A DNA stretch of 42,352 nt. Source: Candidatus Magasanikbacteria bacterium RIFCSPHIGHO2_01_FULL_33_34 (GTDB lineage: Bacteria > Patescibacteriota > Patescibacteriia > Magasanikbacterales > UBA922). Made by a program: the position numbers and the translations under genes. The notes beneath the pieces are model-generated. The model had not been told where the DNA came from. It did not search any database and saw only the letters and a list, made by a program, of their open reading frames with translations. Positions within the stretch are counted from its first letter, which is position 1. Each line of letters starts with the position of its first letter. Shown in pieces: positions 42,248 to 42,352 of the stretch. Location: NCBI GenBank assembly GCA_001782825.1, contig MFPS01000003.1, positions 1 through 42,352 of the forward strand, read 5' to 3'.

Positions 42248-42352
42248 ATGAAATATTTAAAAAAACTTATTTTTTATTTTAGCTCTGTTGTAGTATTTAT
42301 ACTACTTTATTTTAACTTAATGCATTGGAATAAGCTGTGGTTAGGTGTATTT
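42248..42352 (+). CDS. Start of a membrane protein CDS, 3'-truncated by the window edge
   Basis: ATG at 42248 opens a frame (MKYLKKLIFYFSSVVVFILLYF...) that runs to the end of the window without a stop. Confidence 0.35.
   Translation, partial: MKYLKKLIFYFSSVVVFILLYFNLMHWNKLWLGVF

Noticed and set aside
1-42352. Alternative genetic code (UGA as a sense codon, as in some CPR lineages).
   Set aside because: Conserved genes such as dnaK, dnaJ, lepA, recJ and dnaB are full length with no in-frame TGA. Several genes (corA, the DUF192 gene, orphan gene B) end at TGA at the expected length.

Overview
This is an AT-rich bacterial chromosome segment, roughly one-third G+C by eye. It uses the standard genetic code, since TGA works as a stop. 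The gene content suggests a reduced-genome Patescibacteria/CPR-like organism, which is an inference. I support about 40 CDS.

Gene content, in order:
- A surface-protein cluster at 1-9969: a repeat protein, a glycine-rich protein, a propeller protein with an acidic tail, and an FN3+dockerin protein followed by two cohesin-like anchored proteins.
- yidC and an SPFH protein.
- A CIRCE-controlled hrcA-grpE-hsp20-dnaK-dnaJ block.
- rnhA, recJ, lepA, murJ, corA and a beta-CASP nuclease.
- mraZ-rsmH-ftsL.
- A membrane-anchored Clp-type ATPase with a degenerate first AAA module.
- rplU, recR, ybaB, dnaB, a GT4 glycosyltransferase, a large polytopic membrane protein and a CDP-alcohol phosphatidyltransferase.

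I saw no rRNA, tRNA, CRISPR array, transposase or integrase.

Three things stand out:
1. A monocistronic cassette at about 26525-27915. Its 336-aa orphan ORF is about 60% G+C with G/C-ending codons, while its promoter looks native. It has a long foldable leader and a canonical Shine-Dalgarno site, which native genes here lack. A complete type III hammerhead ribozyme motif lies in the 3' UTR just before the terminator.
2. A six-copy interspersed structured element of 88-198 nt. It has a conserved core, an inner hairpin with fully compensated stem changes, an optional 20-nt perfect GC palindrome, and locus-specific outer stems. All six copies are on the + strand.
3. Two small orphan genes at 16571-17107. 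Each has its own consensus promoter, SD site and terminator.
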